A stretch of DNA of 63,768 nucleotides, counting the filler, from Phoronis australis (taxonomy: Eukaryota; Animalia; Phoronida): the NCBI GenBank assembly GCA_002633005.1. It is 7 parts of 7 records of this genome, joined end to end, with 100 filler letters (N's around TTAATTAATTAA, not from the genome) between each part and the next. Parts side by side here need not be neighbours in the genome. Positions count along the whole stretch, not along the records: positions 10,690 to 23,116 come from NMRA01001052.1; positions 23,217 to 39,195 come from NMRA01000013.1; 5 more parts are not named here. One strand, 5' to 3'. The position numbers and the translations under genes were made by a program. Positions 11,898-23,689 of the stretch are shown one piece after another. Every line of letters starts with the position of its first letter. Positions within the stretch are counted from its first letter, which is position 1. The notes beneath the pieces were generated by a model that saw only the letters and a list, made by a program, of their open reading frames with translations, made no database searches and was not told the origin of the DNA.

Positions 11898-14591
11898 CAA
11901 GGAGTGTAGTAGTATAGGAGAGTTCACTCCGCCATTTTAACATTCGCCGAAATGATTACCGGTCGAAACACTAGCGCTCCAAGCGGTGAATAATCAACAC
12001 TTACTTAGGAGCGCTGTCCGAACAATGTGAACACTGATGAATTCATAGTTTAATGAAGTTCAACGTGCAATAAAATTACTGTGTTATTGAAAATGGATAG
12101 AATACGTAAATTAACATCCACTTATAATCGAATGAGAAAGAAAATGTGTATTTTAATCAATATTAAAGTGTATTTGTTTTTATTCTCTTGAAGCTCCCTT
12201 CAAAATCTATCACGGTTTTGTTTCATGTTTGAGTTCTTAACAAGGCAAATTATCTTTCCTTATAACTGTTCATACCTCCACGGACTACAAAATTTGAATG
12301 ATTGCTCCTGGGGGTTCAGAGAGTAATTCCCCCAGGTGACAGCTAAGGGGGTACCAGGCAAAAACCAGGTGGGCGCCAAATGGGTGTTGAACCCCTCCCA
12401 TTGTCACAAATTTTTGTTGCTCCCCTGACCTTTGACAAACATGTTGCTCCCAGCTCACTGCTGGTTTCACCTCCATCCAACACTGAATTTCGCATGCCGG
12501 TGTTCTCTATTCAATGCACCAGGATACTAGCACTGTGAACAATTGTTTGGTGTAGTGGGTGTTACACATGTAAGAAGAAGAAAGCAATTCATCACTACCA
12601 CAAAATCGTAATATAATTTTAGAACATTCTATTATTTCTTTGACATGGCAGCATAGGGTAAACTCAATCGCACTCTCCCACACGCGCACCCAGGGAGCTC
12701 GGGGGCTCAAACGAGGCCCCCATTTGGCAAAGTGGTCAAAAAGGTCCGTCCCCGAGAGACAAAAATTCCGAGAAAATGGGACAAAAGTCCACTAAAGAAA
12801 CGCAAACGCGCAAGTCACAGTGGTGGTCTCGTTTTTTTTTGTTTGTTTTTTTTTTTAATCCGCCCCGGGTACTCATTTGTTGGCAAAAGGTCTACATCAT
12901 CAAGAATTCTAGCCCCCCACATTGAGTATATCACCACGCATAACTAGTCCAAGTTCAACATGTCATGACAAAAAAGTTAAGAGGTACTGAACAGCAATCA
13001 AAATATTCACTAGCCCCACAACTTCATACAAAACTGAATTAAAAAGACTTGGATGATAAAAATAAAATTTTTATTTTCTATACCCACTGTTCATATTATC
13101 AATAACAGTAAATATTTCAGGTAAGCTAAAGCTAGACCACAATATCATATTTGTTACTTAGCCACAACTGGGGCTTAAATTAATCACAATCTCCAAAAAC
13201 GTACAAAATAGGCAACACATGCATCAATACAACAAGAAAATCTAACCAACCTTCTCACTCTCTATTAATTTACTAGTAAACAACAGCTATTTTTGCCAAG
13301 GAATTGCGTTGAAGCTGATAACTAATTTACTCACAGAGGTGTTTGTCATTGAGAAGCAAAATGGTACGGATAGCTTGGGTATAACAAAATGTCAGCCCAC
13401 CATTCAGACTCTAAAATACCCATCAGTTTCACTTTGGCTCTCTTCAAATCACAGAGTAACCATTCATAAAATGTTTCAATCTGATCAATCTTAGTAAAAT
13501 ATGAAAACCAGACTTTGACTAATTGTCCTTTCTATACGTGATGTTCCAGAACTTGCTTTGTGAGACGATAACCAGAAATGCAAAAAAGCCTATTGCACAG
13601 CTGTAACATAATTTCCGGAGAACTTTTTGAAATCTTCAGTTTTGGTGGATTCGGGACATCAAATATTGTTCGGACACTGCATTCAATACCAGCTTGTTCT
13701 TCATTCATGAACACGGACTCCTCTAAGTAATGAGAGCATAAGTTGCAGTTCTTGGACAAGTAGGTTGCATCTCTATTCATAAGGTCGGCTCCCAGTGCTT
13801 GCACCTGAACAGAAATCAATGAGAGACTCAGGAACAAACCTCATGCTCACCAGGTTCACAGAGACTGGTAGCCTACACTAAACTACACTACAGAAGTCCT
13901 GTCGTACTGTGATTGTGATAGAGACAAAAGCGTCTTGGTGTCAACTAAAGAAACTAGAACTCAAATGTCGATCCACGGGTATTTTAAGGGCAGCACAACT
14001 TTTCACCGAGACCCACAGATTATCTAACTTGACTAATGAAAGACTTAAGGCCCTGTGGCCTGTGGCTGTGATTGTGCCATGGCTGTGTCGCCACGATTCA
14101 TATTCACCCATGGCCATGGGAATGTTTTCCTAAAATTATCTCTGCGATCGTTAGAGTGACATTTTGATTTGGAATACATGGACTGCAATATATCCAAAAA
14201 GCTGACGATCACATCGTACGTTAATTATAGTCCTTCCGCCGGCTGCCCAGTAGGTCTAGCCTACACTGCAGACAACAGATAGTGCCGGGCACCGGGACTG
14301 CGATCGACTTGTCTAACAACCGTGAACAGAACACACAAAATGAAAGACAATGTATCATATTATTGAAAAACAGATAATCCTTACCTTTCTGGATCCTTAG
14401 GAAACCTACAAAATGACATGTCTGGGGTTTTCGTGGATGAATTCATGCAATTTATCGCACTGCAAAATGCGTCCTTCCCCATTGTTTTGGCGCTTCCTGG
14501 TTGACCGTTGCTTGTTCACCACTTGGCGGTGCTAGTAGTAGCGGTAACAGAGAACTCACAAGTGAACCCTCCTATACTACTACACTCCTTG
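11898..14591 (-). mobile_element. Non-autonomous P-superfamily DNA transposon
   Basis: ~30-bp TIRs CAAGGAGTGTAGTAGTATAGGAG(A/G)GTTCACT at both ends; 7-bp TSD with one mismatch (GTGTCAG/GGGTCAG); internal THAP gene remnant. Confidence 0.8.
13620..14482 (-). pseudogene. Spliced THAP zinc-finger pseudogene inside the P-like element
   Basis: Exon 14482-14385 encodes MGKDAFCSAINCMNSSTKTPDMSFCRFPKDPE(R) with a GTAAGG donor. The exon from 13804 reads RCKHW, then frameshifts to ADLMNRDATYLSKNCNLCSHY...RTIFDVPNPP, giving the THAP C2CH and AVPTIF-like motifs. Confidence 0.85.
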
Positions 14592-15439
14592 GGGTCAGTT
14601 TTTTAAGGCGCGAGTGCGCAGCAATAACTTGGCTCGTTTTTGCGTTCTAAAACGTAACGCATACGTGTAATGAGAAATGGGTACTGACGGATTTTAGAAG
14701 AAAATTGAGTCGTCGTTTTGCCCAGAGTTGTTAATCTCTGCAACGACAACGCTTTGAGGTCTTTCGTATGATACAAAACCAGGTTTTGGTGATTTGTTGA
14801 TGGCAACACACTCTAGATGTGCGACCTAAAAATACAACATTGCTGATACATTTCAGAAATAAAAGCACCAATAAAAAGCAAGTACTCAAATTTTATAATA
14901 CCCTCAAAATTCTTCATGTAAGTGAGTGTTTTTTTTTCGTACGGGCAGAATTTCGACAAATTTCGCAAAATTGCACAATTCAGGGTAAAGTTCAATTGTT
15001 GTCTCGCGACTACAAAAGTACAGCAAAATCACATGTTCTCATTCAAAATACTCGTCAACATCTCACGTAATGTCGCGAAGTCTTGCTTTTTAGCGACTGG
15101 TCCCATTGTTTGTTCTGGCGTTAATGAACACAGTTTTATTGCTGATGCCCACAAGGTGTCAACGTCCGCTTCTTCCCCAACTGCAGACATGCTGTCCTGT
15201 ATGATATTACCACCATTCAAAACTACATTTACCAAGACATACTAAATATAGTCAACATCGTCTCTTTAGTTTCCCGAGTCATAAACGATGACTCAGATCA
15301 TTCAAAACGCAATATATATTTTACATAATGCTCAGGTGAGGGTATTGAGAGATAACCCAAGTATAGAACAGCTTATTATTTAAAATGACTTATTCTTATT
15401 AAAATGGCATAGGCAAAAAATTGAATTTCAGGTTTCAAG

Positions 15440-15830
15440 AGCGAGGCCCTCTATATTTAGCGAGGCCCTCTATATTAATATAGAGGGCCCCGCCGTAAAA
15501 CGGGGCCGGAGAGCGGGCCCTCCTATATTAATATAGGTATGCCCCGCTCTCCTGCTGCTTTTCGGTAAGGACCCCTATAATAATATATTAGGCCTTGCCG
15601 AAAGGTGGCCGGAGAGCGGAGCCTGTTATATTAATATAGACGGCTCCGCTTTTCGACTGCCTTTCAGCGAGGTCCCCTATAATAGTATAGGGGGCCTCGC
15701 CAAAAGGCGGCCAGAGATTGTGGCCCCCGATATTAATATAGGGTCCCTTCCGGAAGGCAGCCTAAGAGCGAGGCCCACTATATTAATGTAGAAGGCACCG
15801 CCTGAAGGTGACTGACGAGCGAGTCTTCAC
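15440..15830. repeat. Alternating-orientation satellite: ~40-bp GC-rich units separated by TATATTAATATA
   Basis: About seven TATATTAATATA-like nodes at ~52-bp spacing; successive units are reverse complements of each other. Confidence 0.8.
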
Positions 15831-15834
15831 TGGA

Positions 15835-16300
15835 AAAACTGCCACAGTAGCCAGATTAATCCGAAAATCATCGACAGGCTTTCTCTTCATAGTAAGAAAT
15901 TACATGCATGCCAATTTTTACAATCATCTTTAAGAGCAGTTTGATTGATAGAGAGGCGAATGGTCATTAGGTGGCGCAAAATACCTCGACTCCTTCCGAA
16001 AACAGGAATATAGCATCATTCTACTAACAGGTGCCTATATGCCAAGTTTCACAAGAATCAGTAGACGACCTTTAAAGATACAGAGGTAAACGTAAAAAAA
16101 TAAATTGCCACTAGGGGGCACAACGGAAGTCAGATCCATCCGAAATTCGTCCTCTTCTGTCGTCATCTTCATATAAACCCACCTGTCAAATTTGGTGAAA
16201 ATACTTTGAGGGGTTCAGGAGATACAGCTGCGGACGCTGGACGCCCAGACAGAGAAGAAGGCAATTTGCACCCACATATAGGTACAGGTGTATGTGGGCG
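15835..16300 (-). mobile_element. Degenerate fragment of the HINE family seen at 28139 and 34203
   Basis: Reverse-complement matches to the ~150-bp subunits, e.g. ccactagggggcac and catgccaatttttacaatcatc. Confidence 0.7.
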
Positions 16301-16685
16301 CATAGAAATGCCGCCTCTATGAGCATTCGAATCTGACTTCGAATACAAAATAGGCAACACGTCCGCCCTTTTGAATATGATCATGATGAACGACCCTAGG
16401 CTTCTAGCACTTCGGGGAATAGAAGTTGTGGGTGAATCTTTTGCCAATTTGACAAATAGTGCAACCTGTATGTAGAGTGCAGACAAAAAAACTTGATGTC
16501 AGAGCAACATACTTGATGAAATTTCAATTGATGACAGATACAATAATTCACCATGTACCGGGTAATTAGGTAAATTAACAATGGGAGGGGTTGACAATGC
16601 CTGCTTTTAAATTAATGGACAGCTATATAGTTATGACTTTCTGTCCACTAAATCCAAGTTGCATTCTTGGTCTTATTTATAGACA

Positions 16686-17324
16686 CCGTATTAGCCCTAG
16701 TAAGCGCCTAGGGCACTTATTAGAAAAATTCGTTTCAGGAGAGCGGGTGCGCTTATTGGAGCCTAAGGTTGTTAAAACACAGTGTCCGAAACAGGTGAGA
16801 TCCGAAGCTAGGATTCATCAAGTTTATGCTCTACAACGTGTCTGTAGCCCACTACAGATCGACTTTCCACAAAATTGTGGTACATTGCTATCAAGCTTCG
16901 TCATTAAATTACGATCCTTTATCAGAAAATTGTGGGAAAATCCCAGGGCGAAAACTTGCCGAATGATGGCAAGATTCACTTCCGTTGACAAGTACACTGT
17001 CTGTTCTGAAAAGCCAGACCATAATAGGACTCATACCTCGTGAGATCTGCAAAAATTTTAAATTAATTCTTTTTGAAGCACTGCAGAAGTTTGAAGTGTA
17101 TATTCACGGCTAAATACCAACATAGCGGCGAGGCCTGTGGTCTAGAAATTTGGCCCGCACTATGATTGTTTTCAGGACTGTCAGATATTATTGATAACAT
17201 TGAAGATGTTACTGCAGAATTTAAGAAACCTGGGTAAGGCACACGTCCATTGGCTGGGCGCTTTTAACGAAGTCTGAAAACACTTATTGGGCAAAATTTT
17301 GGGCGTTTATTAGGGCAAATACGG
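16686..17324. mobile_element. pogo/Tigger-like MITE
   Basis: TIRs CCGTATTAGCCCTAGTAAGCGCC and GGCGTTTATTAGGGCAAATACGG; TA on the right flank, CA on the left. Confidence 0.7.
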
Positions 17325-18036
17325 TAGTTGTGAATTTTTGTCCACCAAATCTCAGTTGCTTTCTTGGTCTCATTTATACTTTAGACAGTTCCTATATGAA
17401 AAGACCTCTGTTGCAGGGATAAAAGTTAACATTGTCCATGACCCTGTTGCCTCTAACTTTTGTTCAGAGTCCTTCTACTCAACAGAGCAGTGTTGGGACT
17501 AGGATATGATCTGTCCTATTATTAATTTGGTCAGGTATCCATTGTCAGCTATGGCAGCTGTTATACCAATTATCTACAATATTTCCAAAGAGATAACCAA
17601 AGGCATCCATTGAATGAATTGTTCCCACAGTGGTTAAGGTCTTAGTTATGTTTGGGCAAAGATCAAACAAAAGGCCTGGTTGTTTGTTCCTGTAAATGAT
17701 ACAGTGGGTAAGATTAAATTCCAGAATTTAACTTGAATTAAAAATTACCAGGTGATTTTTTTAGTTTCAGTTGCATAACCAAAGCAAATGGTGCAAAAAG
17801 TGATGGTGTGTGCGTGTGCACATCTATGTGAAGGCATTAATTTGTACAATTTGGTAATTAGGGCTAGCTAGGCTTCTGAGGAGTGGAAAGTGCAAACATT
17901 ATTTGAAGATAGAAAACCTATTTTGGAAATTAATTGTTTTGTAATGAACTCGATACCGCTGAATTTTAAAGTGCATTGAACTCACACAACCTGACTCACA
18001 AATATGTGGGCTTATTTTTGACTCACGAGTGGCTAT

Positions 18037-19888
18037 TTACATACAGTATGATTTTATAAGTAAGAGGAGAGTGCCTGAGAAACCGTAAGATTGTAATTTA
18101 TGTAGAAGCAGGTCATGGGGAACGACATCAAAAGCTGACGCAATGTTTAAAAATACGGATCTCACGTTGTACCCTTGCTCAAACTGGAGGTGGATGTCGT
18201 GTACAATTTCTGTAAGTTGCGGCACAGTGCTGTTACCAGGCATGAATGGCGACGATATATGAGGTTTTGTGAAGAGAGGTAGTCAAACATGTGCTGAGAA
18301 ATGATTTTTCTAAAATTTTGGATAAGTGTTAAGTAGAGTTACGGGGCGATAGTTGGCAATGTCTGTCTGGAGTTCTTTTTGTGTATTGGTATCATAACGC
18401 CAAGCTTCCAGTTCAAAGGAAATTTTCCAGATTGTAGTATTTTGTCAGAGGAAGTGTAAGCTCTCTTGCTATTATCTTGATCATTTTATTGGTTATGAGA
18501 TTGGTACCGTCGTTTTTGTTTTCGTCAATTTTTCTAGTAGTTTTCTGACTTCAGATGGTTGGGCCTCTATATAAGAGAGGTGTTCTAATGTTCTGAATGG
18601 GAATTCTGGATAGTTTATTGTTGGTGCAATGTGACTCTTGGCAGTGAAGTAGTCTACAAATAAGATACTTTTATCGACTTTGGATGACGCCTGAGAGTTG
18701 GATTCTTTTGAGTGGATGGTGGGGTATGATGATTGCTTTACCTGTCCTCAAATTTTGTTTACTATATCCCAATATTCCTCAGAATTTTGGAGACATTTCT
18801 GATATTGGAGATAACTTTCATCTTATAGTCTTGTTTTGTCTTTTTTTAATTCTTCCACACTCTGGCACTGTTCTTTGTAGCACCTGAACGTGCATGGGTT
18901 ATTTGATCTTCTGAGCGATCTGTACAGTTTATTTCTTTTATTTATTTCAGACTTAATGTTATTGTTAAACCACGGTTTGTTCTTGTTTCTTATTGTTTTC
19001 ATGGTTGATACGATATCATTATCTAATATGTTGTAGAGTGACTGTGTGAATATTGAGACTGCGTCATTTATTTCACTTTTGTTAAGTATTTCAGTCCAGT
19101 TGAATGTGGTTATGTCAGAGCGCAGTTTGTCCATGTTAATGAGATCTTCTTCATAAAGTCTGGTTCTTTAGGTGCGCAGTTGAGTGTGAATGTTGTTTCT
19201 ATAACGTGGTGGTCTGAGTTACCAATGGGAGACTTTACAGAAGTGGATTCAATTAATCCGAGATTCCTTGTTATACATAAATCAAGGCAAGAATGCGAAT
19301 ACTCTGGTAAACGTGTCGGCTCGTTTATTAGTTGTATACAGTCATTGGTGAGGAGAATATCGAATAATTCGAGACCGGCTTGTCTTCTGAGTACCAAGTA
19401 CTATTTCGTGCGTTGAAATCCCCGTTGATAACAATTGTTTTATTAGTTTGAGAGAGTTCTTGCTATTGTTCTGAAAAGGTTTTGAAATATGATTTCCTTT
19501 CATGGGACGTCTGTGAGGGTGAGCGATAGAAAAAAACGTAATATACCTTTTTGTGGTTGACGTAAAGTTCAATCCAACAGTTACTCATTGATTGTATAAT
19601 TTTATCATCAATTGTTTTGTAATTTACGGAGTTGCGGACAAACAAGATCAACCCCCTCAAGGCGTTAGTGTGGTAGGCAAAGTAGTATTCTGGATGAATA
19701 AGTGCACTGAGATTGTCTTCGGACAGTGTTCCAGATTCACATATAGCAATGACCATGTAATTGCTGTCTGTAATAACTTGCTTGAGAACATCAAATCTTG
19801 AAAGATTGTTCGCCTTGATACTGTTGATATTAGCAATATTATGAAATCCAATAAAACTTTGGCTTACATGTAAGTATGAAATTGGCAC
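18037..19888 (-). mobile_element. Decayed LINE ORF2 (CR1/L2 group): APE endonuclease and N-terminal RT
   Basis: APE motifs (NINSI, IAICES, YRSPS, GDFNAR, NEPTR, CLDL, SDHH), KPWFN linker, and RT motifs (NYRPVTLL, VFLNIASAFDVVPH), with several frameshifts. Confidence 0.9.
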
Positions 19889-20499
19889 AAGAAATAAAAT
19901 GCATCAATTGCATTGTTCTTTCCAGGAAGAACAAATACGTTAAAGGAAAGGGGAATGCTCAAAATTGTGAAAGGCCGTTGGGTGTATCACTGGACAACAA
20001 TCATTTGTCTTTCAAACAAGATATTTTGTACATCAATGAGACAACTATCAACAAGCTGATCTATAAGTGATTTTTTTGCAAAATTTCATACATGTTTTGT
20101 CCCCTTGTGTGGCAATATTTTATCATCATAGGCAGTGCACTGACTGGAAAAGCATATTGAGCCCTCAAAATACCCAACACTTGAAGTTGATAGAATCTAC
20201 AAACTTACGTTTGAGGTTTTTATTAAAGCTCGTGGTCCATTGTGTGGTGATGGAAAGTTTTAATTGACTTGAAGACATTGGCTATGATTTTCGTGCCCAT
20301 TCATGTTCTGTCATGTGATTGGAGGGGCCCAGCCCGAAGGCGACTGAAGAACAGATTTTTGTATTATGATAGGGAGCCTTATCAGTCAAAAAGCGGGCCA
20401 ATTATGCAGTTTTACAGGAAACCCTGAGAAGATGTATGAACATTGGGACCTCCTGTAATAGTCAGGGGCTGTGACCAAAGGTAGTCAAACAGTGGTGCC

Positions 20500-20980
20500 T
20501 CCAAACCAATGTTGGGTATCCTAATACTATAACGCACTTTGCTCTTCGGCAGCCTATAGACTGTGTGGCCCCCTTCAAGTGGGCTGACTGTATTAAAATT
20601 GACGGTCTCGCTCGTCGGGCGAGGTCACTCGTATTAATATAGGAAGCCTTGTCAGAAGACGACCGGAGAGTGGGTTCCATAGGAGTCCCCGGTCTCCAGC
20701 TGCCTTCCGGTGAGACCCCCTATATTAATACAGGAGCCTTACTTTCCGGTCGTCTTTCAGCGAGGCCTCCTATAATTGTACAGGCGGCCTCGCTGAAAGG
20801 CAGGACCCTTTATATTATTATAGAGTGCCCCACTCTCTGACTGCCTTTAAACGAGACCTTCTATATTAATAAAGAAAGGCCCCGCCCTCCGGCCGCCTTT
20901 CGGTGTCGCCGTCTATATTATTATAGGAGGCCTCGCCAAAAGACTGTCGGAGCGCGCGGCACTCTATGTTAATATAGGGA
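20500..20980. repeat. Second array of the alternating-orientation TATATTAATATA satellite
   Basis: Same GC-rich unit (e.g. ctccggccgcctttcgg, ggcctcgccaaaag) and the same AT palindromic nodes as 15440-15830. Confidence 0.8.
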
Positions 20981-22449
20981 GGACTGAGGACGCCAGACCC
21001 TGTTTTGCTTGTTCCTGGTTTATTTCTCTGACAATATTCTATGTGTTCTTGATAACAGCACGTCAGCTTTTGTCTTAAACCAAGTCCAAACTCACGTCGT
21101 TGTGTAAAATATATAACGGCGCACTTCCATTGGTCTGCCAGTCCAACCTCCTATCTCCGGCTCTGGTAAGAATCAGCTGTAATTCCGATATACCTTTAAA
21201 CTTCTGTGGCACTTAGCACGACCTCAGATGACTTCTGACGTCTTTAACACAGCTAATGAAGGCCACATTTCCTCCGCGATCACACTTTAGTAAGTAACCA
21301 AAATTGACCAAATGTACAAGAAGGAATTCCTCCATATTCCTTGCAGTGACAGGAAGTGCATGTAATCTCGAACCCTAAAATGCTATTGGTAAAGTTAAAC
21401 AAAGAATGGAGTGTTTTAGAAAATTGGGGTCTCAAAAATGAAATTTGATTTTTTTGTGATATTGCATTGTTGATATTACATAAATATTTTAGGTGTCTAA
21501 ACTAAGAGTAACCTCAATTCTCTTGTCAGTCAGAGTAAGGCCACATTACAAAAATGCCCGAATTCAAGGGCCACGTTTAAAACTAATTTTATAAGAAACA
21601 AGTTTTTTTGAAAGCAAATATCAAAGTTCAATCATAGAAGTGTCTACAAAGAGAATTTCAACTTAAAATATATTCCGATATAGCAGGCAGGTTAAGCAAC
21701 ATCTTGCCACTTGTGACTGGCCAGAAAAGTGGTCTCGGAGTTTTCTCCCCTGTTGGAAATTTAATTGTACCTATGAGTTGCAAATTTTATTTTCTTACTA
21801 ACCTTACATGAGTCTTTATGACCATCAATGTCAAACTTTGTCACCAGTTTTCCAAGTCTGATTTTTTGCCGTTCAAAAAATGCAGTTTTACTGACATGAA
21901 AAATGCAAAATATGACTTTATAGCCAAGTAGGTCATATCTTGGCAATCAAAGGTCATTGAGAGCAAACATTGCAGCAGTGTACTTTGGGCCAGCATCCCA
22001 ACACATGTACAAAGTATTAGTTGTGTTTAAATTTTTGAGTACATAGTGATTTTTCATTTCCATATGTTTTTATATGGAATCATTCTTAACATGCAAGTAT
22101 TGGGTCATTGCTGGCCCTCTCATGTCTTCTGTATTGGCCCAATGATATAGGCAAAAACTGGCCCGATAACACTTTCCACACCCGCTGGGTATTGGGCTAG
22201 TATAAGATTGCGATTTGGTGCCAGTACCAGGCCATTACTGGGCCAATACACCAAAAACCGGTTTCGGCCGTATAAAGGACCAGTATTGACAGACTGAACA
22301 GGACCGTTGATGGGCTCATATTAACCCGGTTTACAAAATTACATGTTTTTTGGCGAATGTGCAGTGGTGGGCCAGTACAGTGCCAGTATTGGTTGGACCG
22401 TTAATGTTGACATTACAGATCCAATGCAGGAAATTTTCTGTTTGTGGGT

Positions 22450-22878
22450 ATACAAACTTCGTTAAACACGACTAGCCTTTTGTTAGCAAACTTGATACTG
22501 GTACATGTACGTTCGTAATTTCGGAACATTCTCCTTTGTTTTGGTGTACAGGTATGAAGTAGCAAACCGAGATATAACAAACAAACAAAAATAGTATTGC
22601 TATATTTCGCGACTTCATATCACAACATCAGGCAATGAGTGGAATGAATACACACTGTTTATTTTGCTCTATATATGGTCATTCAACTTATTCCCTAATG
22701 ATGTGATGTGCAGTCACGAAGTATAGCTACTGTTTTTGTTTATTTGTTCCTTGTGTCTCACTGTTTTTTACTTCGTACTTGCATACCAGAAGAAAGGAGA
22801 CTGTTCCGAAATTACGAACATACCAGTATCAACCTTGCTAATTAAAATTCTAGTCATGTCTTTAACGAAGTTCGTGTA
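22450..22878. mobile_element. Foldback-type MITE with ~170-bp imperfect TIRs
   Basis: The arm acaaacttcgttaaacacgactag...ttcgtaatttcggaaca is mirrored by tgttccgaaattacgaac...ctagtcatgtctttaacgaagttcgtgt. Related to 41257-42199. Confidence 0.75.
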
Positions 22879-23116
22879 AATGAAGGGCTACTACCGAACT
22901 ATACTGATGTGTGGGTATAACGATACAACTTGTTTGATTTTTTTTTCAATCCTGCATGTTTTTAACTCCTACAACGTGCGCTTTGTTCGTCAGGTCAATC
23001 CTATTGCATGTGCAGTTATGACTTACAAGAAGATAAACACCTTGTTCTTTAATATTTGTATTATTATAAAACGTGCTAAGGTAAAATACTTACAAAAATC
23101 ATAAATTGTCTACATA

Positions 23117-23216
23117 NNNNNNNNNNNNNNNNNNNNNNNNNNNNNNNNNNNNNNNNNNNNTTAATTAATTAANNNNNNNNNNNNNNNNNNNNNNNNNNNN
23201 NNNNNNNNNNNNNNNN
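23117..23216. other. Artificial contig linker
   Basis: N44-TTAATTAATTAA-N44. Confidence 0.98.
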
Positions 23217-23689
23217 GCGAAAAGAATATAAAGAAAGGGTGTCGAAAATAAGAATTTAAGTAGTAAGTATTTTCGGATACTGGAACCACATGGGCAGTTT
23301 GCAAGAAGGACTTTAAGTTGTAGTATTCAAATTCCGATCAAAAGGGATTTCTGGACTTGGGAAGAGCTGAAACATTGCTGCTGAAAACTGATCTCAAATC
23401 ATAATTCGGGGTCATCATTTTATATTCACTAGATGGAGTTACTGGTTCTGTGACCTAACACTAGATGGAGTTGGTACTTCTACAATCTAACACTAGAGGA
23501 AGATACTGATTGGTGGTTTTAGGCATTGCCTTCACATTTTTGAGAAAGTTGCTACACACCACTGATTATTTACAATAGAGAGGGCAAACTTAAGTAGCAA
23601 AATTAATAGATTTTATGATTGTTATTTTTTAAAATTTGGTTCTCAAGACTTGCCATGGCATATTTGGTCTCTATTATAGTAGCTTACCT

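Noticed and set aside
15029-15235. Protein-like ORF MVNVVLNGGNIIQDS...
   Set aside because: No family recognised and no clear splice signals; it needs a database search.
16591-17043. 150-aa ORF
   Set aside because: TTG start and overlaps a pogo-like MITE; no domain recognised.
23428-23500. Three ~32-bp units with constant CACTAGA heads (CRISPR-like look)
   Set aside because: The variable parts are homologous to each other, the context is eukaryotic and there are no cas genes. It is a degenerate minisatellite.
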